A stretch of DNA of 64,000 nt, taken from the NCBI GenBank assembly GCA_963822965.1, contig CAWGJT010000015.1, positions 96,001 through 160,000 on the forward strand, in the 5' to 3' direction. Origin of the DNA: an uncultured delta proteobacterium (GTDB lineage Bacteria; Myxococcota_A; UBA9160; UBA4427). Each line of letters begins with the position of its first letter. Position 1 is the stretch's first letter. Of the stretch, positions 38,686 to 48,561 are shown one piece after another. The position numbers and the translations under genes are program-made. A model generated the notes under the pieces. It was not told where the DNA came from, searched no databases, and saw nothing but the letters and a program-made list of their open reading frames with translations.

Positions 38686-40917
38686 GTGCGCGCCGTCGCT
38701 CTCGCCGCCGCCTGCCTGCTGGGCGGGCTCTGTCTGACCGTTCCGGCACGCTCGGGCGCCGACGAGGCACGCGAGCCGACCCTGGAACGGCTCGTCGAGC
38801 AACGGGAAGCCGTCACGCGCGAGATCGAGGCGCTGCGGCGCCAGCTCGCGCGCCTCGCGGCGGACGCCGAGGCCGCCGAGCCGCTGCGCGCCGACCTGGT
38901 CGTCCTCGAACGCATCGACAACCTGATCCTGCGACAGCAGTCGCTGCTGGAGCGGCGCGAGCAGATGGCCCGCACCGAGGCCGCCATCCAGGCGAAGCTC
39001 GCGGCCGGCCCGGCGAGCGACGTCTCGGACACGCCCCCCTATCCACTGGCCCTGCTCGATCTGCTGGGCGATGCGCTCGACGGCATGGAGCGACAGGGCG
39101 AGGTACTCGAGCAGGCCGAGGCGGCGGCCGCGACCTCCCTGGAGACCGCGCGGCAGCAGCGCGAGGCGGCGGACCAGGCGCGCCGCCGTCGCCTCGAGGC
39201 GCAGGACAAGGCACCGGACCTGGTCGCGAAGGCCCAGGCCCGGCGCGCCCTGCGCCAGGCGGAGCTCGAGCTGCGCCTGGCGGACGAGCGCGTCGCCCTC
39301 GCCACCCTCGAGCTCGAGAGCGCGCACCGCGACCGCACCCTCCACGACCAGAACCAGGCCATCACCCGGGCGGCCCTGGAATTCGTCGAAGAGCGGCTGC
39401 AGCGGGACGCCGCGCTGCGCGAGGAGCTGCTCGGCGGATTCGAGCAGCAGATCTTCGCGGTGCGACAGGCGCGGGAGCGCGCGAGCCTCGACCTCGCACG
39501 CGCCCAGGAACGCCGGCTCGCCGCCGAGAAGCGCAAGGACAGCAGCCCGGATCCCAGCCCCGCGCTGCTGGCCGAGAACGCGGCGCTCGAGGCACAGCAG
39601 GAGACCCAGCAGATCGAGGTCGCCACCCTGGGCCAGCGCGAGGAGCGCCTCGAGAAGCTGCGCGACGTGCGCGAGCGCCGCTACCGGACCCTGGCCGACG
39701 AGGCGAGCCGCCCCGAGATGCGCGAGTGGGCCGCGGATCTCCAGCGCCTGCGCGGCGAGCTGGAACGGCGCCGCCAGGTGGAGGAAGGCGCCCTGGGCCA
39801 GGTGCGCGCGGCGCGCGCGAGCCTCGCGAAGCGAGCCGCCGCCGTCCCGGCCGCCGACCCTCAGCGACGCTGGCTCGAGGAGCACGAGCGCGCCCTCGAC
39901 GAGCGTCTGGCGACCCACGAAGGCGAGATCGCCGACCTGCGGTCGGCGCGCTCGCTCGTCGATCGCACCCTGGAGGAGATCCAGCGCCGCACCGAGGGCA
40001 TGACCCTGGCCGACCGCGCCGAGATGCTGAGCCGGCGGCTCGAGGGCGTCTGGCAGACCGAGATCACCAGCCTCGAGGATCGCCCCATCACCGTCGGCAA
40101 GGTGGTGACCGCGCTCGTGCTGCTCATCGTCGGCCTGCTGCTGGCGCGCTTCGTGAGCGCCCTCTTCGGCCGCATCGCCCGCAGGCGCACCACCCTGCAG
40201 GAGGGCGCCATCGCGGCCTTCCAGGCGCTCGGCTACTACGCGCTGGCGCTGCTCTTCGTGCTGCTGGCCCTGCGCTCGGCGAGCATCCCGCTCACCGCCT
40301 TCACGATCCTGGGCGGCGCCTTCGCCATCGGCGTCGGCTTCGGCAGCCAGACCCTCATCGCGAACTTCATCAGCGGTCTGATCCTGCTCGTCGAGCGGCC
40401 CATCAAGGTGGGCGACCTCATCGATCTCGAGGGCACGCTCGGGCGCGTCGAGAGCATCGGCCTGCGCTCCACGCGCGTCCGCACCTTCGACAACATCCAC
40501 ATCATCGTGCCCAACAGCTCCTTCCTCGAGCAGAACGTCGTCAACTGGAACCTGTCCGACGACATCGTGCGAGCCCAGGTGAACGTGGGCGTGGCCTACG
40601 GCTCGCCAACCCGACGGGTGGAGGAGCTGCTGCTCCAGGCGGCCCGGGAGCATCCGCGCACCCTGGACCAGCCGCCCGCCACGGTCCTCTTCATGGACTT
40701 CGGCGACAACGCCCTGCACTTCCGGGTCTACGCCTGGCTGCGGGTGCGGGACGTGATCGACCGACGCCTGATCGAGAGCGACCTGCGCCACCGCATCGAC
40801 GAGCTCTTCCGCCAGAGCGGCGTCGTGATCGCCTTCCCCCAGCGCGACGTCCACCTCGACGTCACGAGACCGCTCCAGGTGGAGTGGACGGGGGAGCGCA
40901 CGCCGCCCGGCGAGTGA
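38686..40917 (+). CDS. Mechanosensitive channel, MscS family with long periplasmic coiled coil (MscK-like)
   Basis: GVGFGSQ..IANFISGLILL.ERPIKVGD, IGLRST, IIVPNS, GVAYGS, IAFPQRDVHL. Confidence 0.92.
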   Translation: MRAVALAAACLLGGLCLTVPARSGADEAREPTLERLVEQREAVTREIEALRRQLARLAADAEAAEPLRADLVVLERIDNLILRQQSLLERREQMARTEAAIQAKLAAGPASDVSDTPPYPLALLDLLGDALDGMERQGEVLEQAEAAAATSLETARQQREAADQARRRRLEAQDKAPDLVAKAQARRALRQAELELRLADERVALATLELESAHRDRTLHDQNQAITRAALEFVEERLQRDAALREELLGGFEQQIFAVRQARERASLDLARAQERRLAAEKRKDSSPDPSPALLAENAALEAQQETQQIEVATLGQREERLEKLRDVRERRYRTLADEASRPEMREWAADLQRLRGELERRRQVEEGALGQVRAARASLAKRAAAVPAADPQRRWLEEHERALDERLATHEGEIADLRSARSLVDRTLEEIQRRTEGMTLADRAEMLSRRLEGVWQTEITSLEDRPITVGKVVTALVLLIVGLLLARFVSALFGRIARRRTTLQEGAIAAFQALGYYALALLFVLLALRSASIPLTAFTILGGAFAIGVGFGSQTLIANFISGLILLVERPIKVGDLIDLEGTLGRVESIGLRSTRVRTFDNIHIIVPNSSFLEQNVVNWNLSDDIVRAQVNVGVAYGSPTRRVEELLLQAAREHPRTLDQPPATVLFMDFGDNALHFRVYAWLRVRDVIDRRLIESDLRHRIDELFRQSGVVIAFPQRDVHLDVTRPLQVEWTGERTPPGE

Positions 40918-40947
40918 CGCGGACGCCGGCGCGCCCGCGACGGGCGT

Positions 40948-42183
40948 TCAGTCGACGAGCTTGCTCATGTGATCGACCTGGCCGTCGTCGTTGCCGAGCA
41001 GCACGTCGTTGTAGTGCCGGCGGCCGCCGTGGGGGCGCACGTTCTCGCGCACGTATCCCGTCACCGCGCTGATGCGGTACTCGTCGGCGGCCGGCCTCCC
41101 GGGCGGCGGCGCGGCGTGCATGGTGTCCCCGTAGTGGAGCGACACGTCGCCGGGCGCGGCCTCGAGCAGAACGCCCTCGGGCGCCCGGCGGTGTCCCGCG
41201 TCGATGAAGTGACACGCGTAGCGCCAGGAGCCGGGCAGCACGCGCAGCGCACCGCTCTCGGCGGTGGCCTTCGTCAGGAACACCGAGGCGATCATCACAG
41301 GGCACATGACCGCATGGCCTCCCATCCCGCAGTCGCGATGCCAGGGGAGGTCTCCCAACCCCTCGGCCATGTCCGGGTTCTTGAAGATGACCGAGACGCC
41401 CTCCTCCGAGCCCGCGCCCCGGGGCGAGAGCCCCTGGTCGGACAGGGACGCCAGGCGCAGCATGCGCGCGTCCTGGGGCATCGCGCGCAGGCCGGGCTCG
41501 CGGCCCGCCGCCGTCACGCGGCACAGCACCTCGCGCCCTTCCGTGTCGCGGCCCCACCAGGACTGCCGGTCGCCAGGCACCGCCGCCCCGGCGAGCCGCC
41601 CCGCCTCCTCGCGATAGGCCTCCACCTCGTCCGCAGAGAAGACGCCGCGCACCAGCAGGAAGCCGGCCACGCGCAGGAAGTGCGCCATCTCCCGGGGATC
41701 GTCGTCGGGCGTGAACGACCGTCGCACGTCCAGGGGCGCGCCGCGACGGTCCTCGAGTCGCAGCGATCCGGCGTCGAAGTAGGGACGTCCGCTGTACATG
41801 GCGCGCAGCGGCGGGTCCCACTTCATCAGGCTCATGGCGCGGCCCCGGGTGCAGCGGATCTTCCGGCCGTAGATCAGACCCGGCACGCTCTCGTACTCCT
41901 GCACGAGTCCGGCCCAGGCCTCGGCGGAGAGCTCGATCACCGTGTCGGCCCGGTCGTCGCCGGGGACGACGTCGATGCCCTCGGCGCGCGGAAGGTACGT
42001 GTAGGCGTCCCGGGCGGCGCCGTCCGCCAGACGGAAGGCCAGCGCGCCCGCGCGTCCCACGCTCACCGCGGCCAGCGGTCCGTTGCCCTGGGCGAGGCAC
42101 CGCGGCAGGGTGCTGGCGTGGAACTCGTGGAAGTCGAGGGGCGGAACCTCGGGCGACGGCGCTCGGTCGATGGCGGCAGACAT
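40948..42183 (-). CDS. Phytanoyl-CoA dioxygenase (PhyH) family Fe/2OG enzyme with N-terminal SCP2-like region
   Basis: WHRD, GALRVLPGSW, PGDV.LH...T.H; N-terminal YTY......I.V..G...AD.VI.L....W pattern. Confidence 0.8.
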   Translation of the reverse strand: MSAAIDRAPSPEVPPLDFHEFHASTLPRCLAQGNGPLAAVSVGRAGALAFRLADGAARDAYTYLPRAEGIDVVPGDDRADTVIELSAEAWAGLVQEYESVPGLIYGRKIRCTRGRAMSLMKWDPPLRAMYSGRPYFDAGSLRLEDRRGAPLDVRRSFTPDDDPREMAHFLRVAGFLLVRGVFSADEVEAYREEAGRLAGAAVPGDRQSWWGRDTEGREVLCRVTAAGREPGLRAMPQDARMLRLASLSDQGLSPRGAGSEEGVSVIFKNPDMAEGLGDLPWHRDCGMGGHAVMCPVMIASVFLTKATAESGALRVLPGSWRYACHFIDAGHRRAPEGVLLEAAPGDVSLHYGDTMHAAPPPGRPAADEYRISAVTGYVRENVRPHGGRRHYNDVLLGNDDGQVDHMSKLVD

Positions 42184-42349
42184 GGGAAGCTCCTCCGGAA
42201 AGCGGCTGGCTCGGCGACCGGGACATTGTACGCTCCCCGGCCCACGACCCGAAGCCTCCCCGAGAGCGGGTGGACCGCGTCCGAGCCCGCCCCCCGCCCC
42301 CGGGCCCCAGACGACGCGAGGACGAGAGGACGAGAGGAGACGAAGCGCC

Positions 42350-43129
42350 TTGGCCGAGCCCGTGCTGATCGTCGAGGAGAGCGACGCCGTCGCCACCCTC
42401 ACCCTGAACCGTCCGGAGGCCATGAACGCGTTCTCGCGCCGCCTGCGGGAGGCGATCGCCGAGAGCTTCCGACGGCTCCAGGCCGAGGGGCGCGTCCGGG
42501 TGGTGGTCCTCACCGGCGCCGGGCGCGCCTTCTGCGCCGGCTGGGACCTGAAGGAGCTTTCGGCGCCGGAGGCCTCGGACACGGGCGAGGCGGCCGCCAG
42601 CGACATGGCGGACGCCATCGCCGACTTCGAGGGACCCATCATCGGCGCCGTCAACGGACATGCCATCACCGGCGGCTTCGAGCTGGCCCTGGCCTGCGAC
42701 CTGCTGATCGCGTCCACGGCGGCCCGCTTCGCGGACACCCACGCGCGCGTCGGCATGCTGCCCGGCTGGGGGCTCAGCCAGAAGCTGCCGCGCCTGATCG
42801 GCATCCAGCGGGCGAAGGAGATCTCCTTCACGGGCAACTTCATCGATGCCGAGACGGCGCTCGACTGGGGGCTCGTCAACCGCGTGGTGGAGCCCGACGT
42901 GCTGCTGCCCACCTGCCAGGCGCTCGCCCGGGAGATGGCGTCCTGCGTTCCGCACGTGCTGCGAGGCTACAAGCGGCTCATCGACGAAGGCTACGGACTG
43001 CCCCTGGCCGAGGCCCTGGCCCTGGAGTCGCGGCGCGCCCTGGAATCGGTCGCCGAGATGAACGCCGCCACCGTGGCCGCACGACGCCAGGGCATCGTGG
43101 ACCGCGGGCGCGGGCAGGCGAGCTCCTGA
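42350..43129 (+). CDS. Enoyl-CoA hydratase
   Basis: LNRPEAMNA, FCAGWDL, NGHAITGGFEL, ADTHARVG. Confidence 0.95.
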   Translation: MAEPVLIVEESDAVATLTLNRPEAMNAFSRRLREAIAESFRRLQAEGRVRVVVLTGAGRAFCAGWDLKELSAPEASDTGEAAASDMADAIADFEGPIIGAVNGHAITGGFELALACDLLIASTAARFADTHARVGMLPGWGLSQKLPRLIGIQRAKEISFTGNFIDAETALDWGLVNRVVEPDVLLPTCQALAREMASCVPHVLRGYKRLIDEGYGLPLAEALALESRRALESVAEMNAATVAARRQGIVDRGRGQASS

Positions 43130-43131
43130 CC

Positions 43132-44154
43132 GTGTTCGACGTCTACGCCACGATGGATCAACGCCTGCGACCCGCCGAGGTGGCCGCGCACGCGCGCCGG
43201 GCCGAGGCCCTGGGCTACGACGGCCTGAACGTTCCCGAGGCGGTGCACGACGGGCTCCTCACCGCACAGATCGCCCTGCAGGCCACCACCCGGCTGCGCG
43301 TCGCGACGAGCGTGCTGGTGGCCTTCCCGCGCAGCCCCATGACCGTCGCCCACGCCGCCTGGGACCTGCAGGCGCTCTCCGGCGGTCGCTTCGAGCTGGG
43401 GCTGGGATCCCAGGTGCGCGGCAACATCGAGCACCGCTACAGCACGCTCTGGACGCCTCCCGTCCCGCGCATGCGCGAGTACGTGGGCGCGCTCCGCGCC
43501 ATCTTCGACACCTTCCAGAACGGCACGCCCCTCGACTTCCAGGGCGAGCACTACCGCTTCACGCGGCTGCAGCCGTTCTTCAATCCGGGTCCGCTCGAGC
43601 ACCCGGCGATTCCCATCTACCTGGGCGGGGTGGGACCGGCGATGACGGCGCTGGCGGGCGAGGTCTCGGACGGCCTCATGACGCATCCGAGCAACACGCC
43701 CCCCCGCTACCTGCGGGAGGTGACCCGGCCCCGGCTCGCCGCCGGCGCCGCCCGGGCCGGCCGCAGCGGCCCGGTGCGTATGATGGTGAGCGCGCTGACG
43801 GCGACGGGCGAGACCCGGGAGGAGGCCCGCGCCCAGCGCGAGAAGCAGCGCGAGCTGCTGGCGTTCCTCTACTCCACGCCGGCCTACTGGAAGAGCCTCG
43901 AGCTGTTCGGCTGGCGCGACCGGGGCGAACGCCTGCGCGAGCTCACCCGCGAGGGCCGCTGGCAGGAGATGGCGCAGGTGGTGAACGACGAGATGCTGGA
44001 CACCTTCGTGCCCACGGCGCCCTACGGCGAGATCGCCGATGTCCTGCGCGAGCGCTACGCGAGCGTCTCGGACTGGATCACCTTCCCGATGCCGGACGAC
44101 CCGACCCGGGACCCGGCCGCCCGCAAGGCCATCGCCGCGCTGCAGGCGGCCTGA
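43132..44154 (+). CDS. LLM-class, probably F420-dependent oxidoreductase (MSMEG_2256-like)
   Basis: E..HD, AFPRSPM..A..AWDLQ..SGGRF.LGLGSQ, PRMREY, FLYSTPAY. Confidence 0.85.
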   Translation: MFDVYATMDQRLRPAEVAAHARRAEALGYDGLNVPEAVHDGLLTAQIALQATTRLRVATSVLVAFPRSPMTVAHAAWDLQALSGGRFELGLGSQVRGNIEHRYSTLWTPPVPRMREYVGALRAIFDTFQNGTPLDFQGEHYRFTRLQPFFNPGPLEHPAIPIYLGGVGPAMTALAGEVSDGLMTHPSNTPPRYLREVTRPRLAAGAARAGRSGPVRMMVSALTATGETREEARAQREKQRELLAFLYSTPAYWKSLELFGWRDRGERLRELTREGRWQEMAQVVNDEMLDTFVPTAPYGEIADVLRERYASVSDWITFPMPDDPTRDPAARKAIAALQAA

Positions 44155-44155
44155 C

Positions 44156-44208
44156 CCGGCGGTCTCGGGGGCTCCGGCGGTCTCGGGAGCTCCGGCGGCT
44201 CGGGAGCT
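44156..44208. repeat. 18-bp x3 tandem repeat filling a convergent intergenic gap
   Basis: CCGGCGGTCTCGGG(G/A)GCT at 44156 and 44174; a 17-bp copy at 44192. Confidence 0.9.
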
Positions 44209-45652
44209 ACAGCGGGAAGGTCTGGGTCCCCAGCCCCGCCAGGTCGTCCACGATCCGGACGACCTGCCGCGCGTAGCCGAACTCGTTGTCGTACCAGACG
44301 TAGAGCACGCAGTGGCGTCCGTCGACGATCGTCGCCTTGGCATCGACGATGCACGCGTGGCGGTTGCCGACGAAGTCGCACGAGACCACCTCGTCCGAGT
44401 TCGTGTAGTCGATCTGGTTCTGCAGCTTGCCGCCGATCGAGTTGTCGCGCAGATAGTGGTTGAGCTCGTCGACGGTGGTCTCCTCGGAGAGCTCGAGCTG
44501 CAGGATCGCCAGGGACACGTCGGGCGTCGGCACCCGGATGGCGTTGCCCGTGATCTTGCCCTTCAGCTCCGGCAGCACCTTGGCGACGGCGCTCGCCGCG
44601 CCGGTCGAAGTCACCACCATGTTGAGCGCCGCGCTGCGGCCCCGGCGCTTCTTGGCGTGGTAGTTGTCGATCAGGTTCTGGTCGTTGGTGAAGGAATGCA
44701 CGCTCTCCACGTGTCCGTGCACGATGCCGAAGCGGTCGTTGACCACCTTGAGCACGGGCACGATCGCGTTCGTGGTGCAGCTGGCGGCCGTCAGGATCGG
44801 GCCGCTCGTGTGGATCTCGTCGTGGTTCACGCCGTAGACGATGTTGGGCAGGCTGCCCTTGCCCGGCGCCGTGAGCACCACGTGGGAGATGCCGGGCGAC
44901 TTGAGGTGCTGGCGCAGCCCCTCCTCTTCCCGCCACTTGCCCGTGTTGTCGACGAGGATGGCGTCCTCGATGCCGTACTTCGTGTAGTCGATCTCGTCGG
45001 GCGAGTTGGCGTAGATCACGCGGATCATGTTGCCGTTGGCGACCATCGCGCACTCTTTCTCGTCGAGGACGATCGAGCCGTGGAAGTCGCCGTGCACCGA
45101 GTCGTGGCGCAGCAGGCTGGCGCGCTTCTCGAGGTCGTCCTCGCCGCCCGGACGCACGACGATCGCCCGCAGCCGGAAGTTGTCGCCACCGCCGGCCTTG
45201 CCGATCATGATGCGCGCGACCAGCCGGCCCACCCGGCCGAAGCCGTAGAGCACGATGTCCTGGGGCCGCGCGCGCAGGGGCTTGCAGCCCGTCGCGACGG
45301 GAGCGAGCACCTCGGCCACGTACTCGTCCATGTCGACCTGGTCGCTGCGCTGGTAGAAGTTCGTGACCAGGGTGCCGAGGTCGATCCGCACCGGACCGAG
45401 ATCGAGCTTCGCGATCGCCTCGAGCATGGGCAGGCACTGCAGCACGGAGATCTCGGACTCGAGGATCTGCCGCGCGAAGCGGATCGCCTGGATGATCTCG
45501 ATGCGGTCCTTGTTGACGAGCGAGTCCCCGAAGACCTTGACGATGACGCCTCGCTCGCGATAGAGGCGGCCGATGATCGGCACCATCGCCTCCGCCGCCT
45601 GTTCCCGCTGCTTCCAACGCCGCAGGTACTCGTCCATCTTCGGGTCGGTCAT
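44207..45652 (-). CDS. gap: Glyceraldehyde-3-phosphate dehydrogenase, long N-terminally extended type
   Basis: YGFGRVGR, AASCTTN, TSTGAA, RVPT, WYDNEFGY; about 130-aa N-terminal extension. Confidence 0.95.
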   Translation of the reverse strand: MTDPKMDEYLRRWKQREQAAEAMVPIIGRLYRERGVIVKVFGDSLVNKDRIEIIQAIRFARQILESEISVLQCLPMLEAIAKLDLGPVRIDLGTLVTNFYQRSDQVDMDEYVAEVLAPVATGCKPLRARPQDIVLYGFGRVGRLVARIMIGKAGGGDNFRLRAIVVRPGGEDDLEKRASLLRHDSVHGDFHGSIVLDEKECAMVANGNMIRVIYANSPDEIDYTKYGIEDAILVDNTGKWREEEGLRQHLKSPGISHVVLTAPGKGSLPNIVYGVNHDEIHTSGPILTAASCTTNAIVPVLKVVNDRFGIVHGHVESVHSFTNDQNLIDNYHAKKRRGRSAALNMVVTSTGAASAVAKVLPELKGKITGNAIRVPTPDVSLAILQLELSEETTVDELNHYLRDNSIGGKLQNQIDYTNSDEVVSCDFVGNRHACIVDAKATIVDGRHCVLYVWYDNEFGYARQVVRIVDDLAGLGTQTFPL

Positions 45653-46005
45653 GTCCGTCTCACTTCCACTTCGCGCCGTCGATGCACGCGGGCATCGCGG
45701 TCGTCATCACTCGGTTGCCGCCGGCACTCGTCGGCCGCAGCTCGCCGGCAGCCTGCCGTCGGTCGTGCAGGTTCGCGGAACGGGTCGGGCCAGGCCCGAA
45801 ACGGTTCGAATGTGCTCGGGCCATCGCATCAAACACCACGCACCCGGGAGCCGCAAGCCTCGCCCCGGGAACGTCCGGGCCGGCTCGGGTGAGTGGCCCC
45901 TCGGCGGCTTTCGTTGCGAAATCGGCGGGAAGGCATCGCCACCCGCGGGGCCGGGGGTGGAGCACCGGGGACGCGCGGCCCGGCTGGGGCGGCCCGCCTC
46001 GGCGA

Positions 46006-46509
46006 TCAGGGCTTGGGGACGTCCCGGGGCTTCCCGTCCGGGTGCCGCGGCGGACCCGGCGCCGCGTGGGGGCCCACGCCCCAGACGAGCGCGGGGGCCC
46101 AGTTGCGCCGGATCAGACGGGGATAGGTCTTCACCAGGCTCGCCCGTTGCTCGCTGGCCAGCAGCGGCAGCACGTCGAGCTTGAGCTCGGCCATGGCACG
46201 CCTCGGCGTCTGGTCCGCTTCGACCCACTGCGCCAGCAGCTTGCGCCCGCGCTCGAAGTCGCCCTGCTCGAGGGCCTCGACGAACTCGCGCTGGCTGGCG
46301 CGCGCCTCGCGGATGGGAGCGATCTTCTTCTGGTAGACGTCCCAGGCCGCGTCCATCTTCTGGCGCTGGACGTCGGTCAGGCCGACCTGCTCGACGATGA
46401 TCGGATCGTTCCACCACAGGACGGGCGCCGGGACTTCCTTCGCGACCGCCGGGCCCGCCAACAGCAGCCCGGCCAGCGAGATCCACAGCGCGCCCGAGAG
46501 CGCGGACAT
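46006..46509 (-). CDS. Periplasmic Spy/CpxP-like helical protein
   Basis: Signal peptide, WW.D......VGLT..Q, and a second L..EQR motif. Confidence 0.6.
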   Translation of the reverse strand: MSALSGALWISLAGLLLAGPAVAKEVPAPVLWWNDPIIVEQVGLTDVQRQKMDAAWDVYQKKIAPIREARASQREFVEALEQGDFERGRKLLAQWVEADQTPRRAMAELKLDVLPLLASEQRASLVKTYPRLIRRNWAPALVWGVGPHAAPGPPRHPDGKPRDVPKP

Positions 46510-46917
46510 CTACTCGCCCACGACCTCGGCGGCCAGCGACACGTTGTTGACGCCCGCGAGGCGGGCCGCGTCCATGACCTGGACCAGCAGGCCGTTCTTC
46601 GAGCTCTTGTCGGCCTGAATGACCACCGAGCCCTGGGGATTCTCGGCGTGGAGGCGCTCGATGTTGGCGCGCAGCGCGCGCGGATCGACCTGCCGCCGAT
46701 CGATCCAGATCTGATCGTTCTCGGTGATCGCGACCAGGATGTTGCCGCGCTCCTTGCGCTCGGCCGTGGCGGCCGGCGGACGGCTCACGTCGATACCCGC
46801 TTCCTTGACGAAGGACGCGGTCACGATGAAGAAGATGAGCATGATGAAGACGACGTCGAGCATCGGCGTCAGGTTGACCTCGCTCTCTTCTTCCTGCCTG
46901 TCTCGCTTTCGCCGCAT
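46510..46917 (-). CDS. exbD: Biopolymer transporter ExbD/TolR
   Basis: EVNLTPMLDVVFIMLIFFIVT, VVIQAD, VQVMD. Confidence 0.95.
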   Translation of the reverse strand: MRRKRDRQEEESEVNLTPMLDVVFIMLIFFIVTASFVKEAGIDVSRPPAATAERKERGNILVAITENDQIWIDRRQVDPRALRANIERLHAENPQGSVVIQADKSSKNGLLVQVMDAARLAGVNNVSLAAEVVGE

Positions 46918-46976
46918 GACTGCCTCGCTGGTTGGCCTTTCGACCTCTCAGGGCCCGCGCTTTGCCGTTGGCGGCA

Positions 46977-47095
46977 CCCTTCGCCGTTCTTCCTTCGCGC
47001 TTCTCGCCTTTCTTCGCCTTTCTCGCCTTTCTTCTTCGCCTTTCTTCTTCGCCTTTCTTCGCCGCCTTTCTTCGCCTTTCTTCGCCTTTCTTCGC
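46977..47095. repeat. Pyrimidine-rich imperfect minisatellite (GCCTTTC core x8)
   Basis: 119 nt with no A on the + strand; GCCTTTC at 47006, 47016, 47025, 47038, 47051, 47064, 47074 and 47084. Confidence 0.9.
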
Positions 47096-47258
47096 AGTCC
47101 GCCCGACCGGGCCGCTCCGAGCGCTCTCGGGAGTGCGATCGCGCAGCTTAGTCGCGGAACGGGCCGTGAGTCAAGCAGAACACAGGCCGTCGGCAGGAGC
47201 CTGCCGGTCGCGCCGTCCCGCATCCGGCATGCCCTCCCCTCCCGCCGTTGCGCGCCGC

Positions 47259-48509
47259 TCACTGCCCGCCGGCACCGCCGCCCCGCAGCAGATCCCGGAA
47301 CGGCACGTCGGCGTCCGCGCGGGGCTCCCGCGGCAGGCCCAGGGCGCGCTCCGCGAGCCCGTTGCGGTGCACCTCCAGGGTCCCGCCGCCGATGGTGCCC
47401 AGGAAGCGGTCGAGCACCTGGTCCTGCCAGAATCCGTCGCCCCGGGCGTCCGCGCCGGCCAGCAGCGCGGCCGCGCCCTGCAGCCACAGCCCGGTCTCGG
47501 CCTTCCGCGCACGGCTCTCCGCCCAGAAGATCTTGAGCACCGAGCCGTCCACGTCCGGCGGACGGCCCTCGAGCAGCGCCTGCGTGAAGCGGTCCTGGAG
47601 CGAGCCCAGCACCCGCTCCTCCACGTACGCGGCGGCGATGCGGTCGCGCACCCGGGCGTCGCGCCAGCGGCCGCCTTCGCGAGCGAGATGCACGAGGTCG
47701 GAGGCCCGCGCCGCTCCGGCCTGGCTCGTCCCGATCATCGCCGACTCGTTCCGGAGCGTGGTCCGCGCCACGGCCCAGCCGCCGTCGACCGCGCCGACGA
47801 CGTTCACCGCGGGCACGCGTACCCCGTCGAGGAAGACCTCGTTGAAGTGGCGGTCGCCCTTCAGGGTGGGAAGCGGACGCACCTCCACACCCGGCGACCG
47901 CATGTCGAGGAGCAGGAACGTGATGCCTGCGTGCTTCGGCACGTCGGGGTTCGTGCGCACGAGCAGGATGCCGTGGTCGGCGAACTGCGCGCTCGTCGTC
48001 CACACCTTCTGGCCGCTGACGACGAAGTCCTCTCCGTCGCGCACCGCTCGCGTGCGCAGGGCGGCGAGGTCGGAGCCCGCGTCCGGCTCGCTGAAGAGCT
48101 GGCACCACACCTCGTCCCCGGCCAGCAACGGGCGCAGGTAGCGCTCCTGCTGGGCGAGCGTGCCGTGCTGCATCAGGGCCGGCCCCACCAGCTGGATCGT
48201 CGAAGGCAGGAAGCCGGCCGTCACGTCGAAGGCCGATTCCTCCTGGGCGAACAGGATCGCCTGGTCGGCGCTGCCACCGCGACCCCCGAAGCAGCGGGGC
48301 CAGGGGATGCCCGCGTAGCCGCCGTCGTAGAGGCTCCGCTGCCACGAGCGGCAACGCGCGAAGTGGGCGGCCTCGGCTTCGGGGGTGTGGTCGCGGGGAC
48401 CGAGAGACCAGTCGCCCGGGCCGCGGCGGGGCTCGGCGTGTGCGGCCAGCCAGGCGCGGGCCTCCGCGCGGAAGAGCGCCTGCTCGGGCGTGTCCTGGCG
48501 TCGCGCCAT
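47259..48509 (-). CDS. Acyl-CoA dehydrogenase (catalytic-type subunit)
   Basis: WCQLFSEPDAGSDLA, GQKVWTT, FNEVFLD, TIGGGTLEV. Confidence 0.95.
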   Translation of the reverse strand: MARRQDTPEQALFRAEARAWLAAHAEPRRGPGDWSLGPRDHTPEAEAAHFARCRSWQRSLYDGGYAGIPWPRCFGGRGGSADQAILFAQEESAFDVTAGFLPSTIQLVGPALMQHGTLAQQERYLRPLLAGDEVWCQLFSEPDAGSDLAALRTRAVRDGEDFVVSGQKVWTTSAQFADHGILLVRTNPDVPKHAGITFLLLDMRSPGVEVRPLPTLKGDRHFNEVFLDGVRVPAVNVVGAVDGGWAVARTTLRNESAMIGTSQAGAARASDLVHLAREGGRWRDARVRDRIAAAYVEERVLGSLQDRFTQALLEGRPPDVDGSVLKIFWAESRARKAETGLWLQGAAALLAGADARGDGFWQDQVLDRFLGTIGGGTLEVHRNGLAERALGLPREPRADADVPFRDLLRGGGAGGQ

Positions 48510-48561
48510 CTCCGGGTCTCCTCCTGCGTCGGCCGCGCACCGAACCTGGGATGCGTGCGGG

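Noticed and set aside
40969..44154. 1061-aa ORF, and similar long N-terminal extensions on 35895-38651, 36033-39032 and 56879-59644
   Set aside because: Only the C-terminal parts carry family motifs. The extensions overlap other real genes or their antisense strands.
46948..47110. Lys/Arg/Glu-rich histone-like peptide from the purine-rich tract
   Set aside because: Repeat period is 9-13 nt, so the frame is not preserved, and no start codon with RBS was found.
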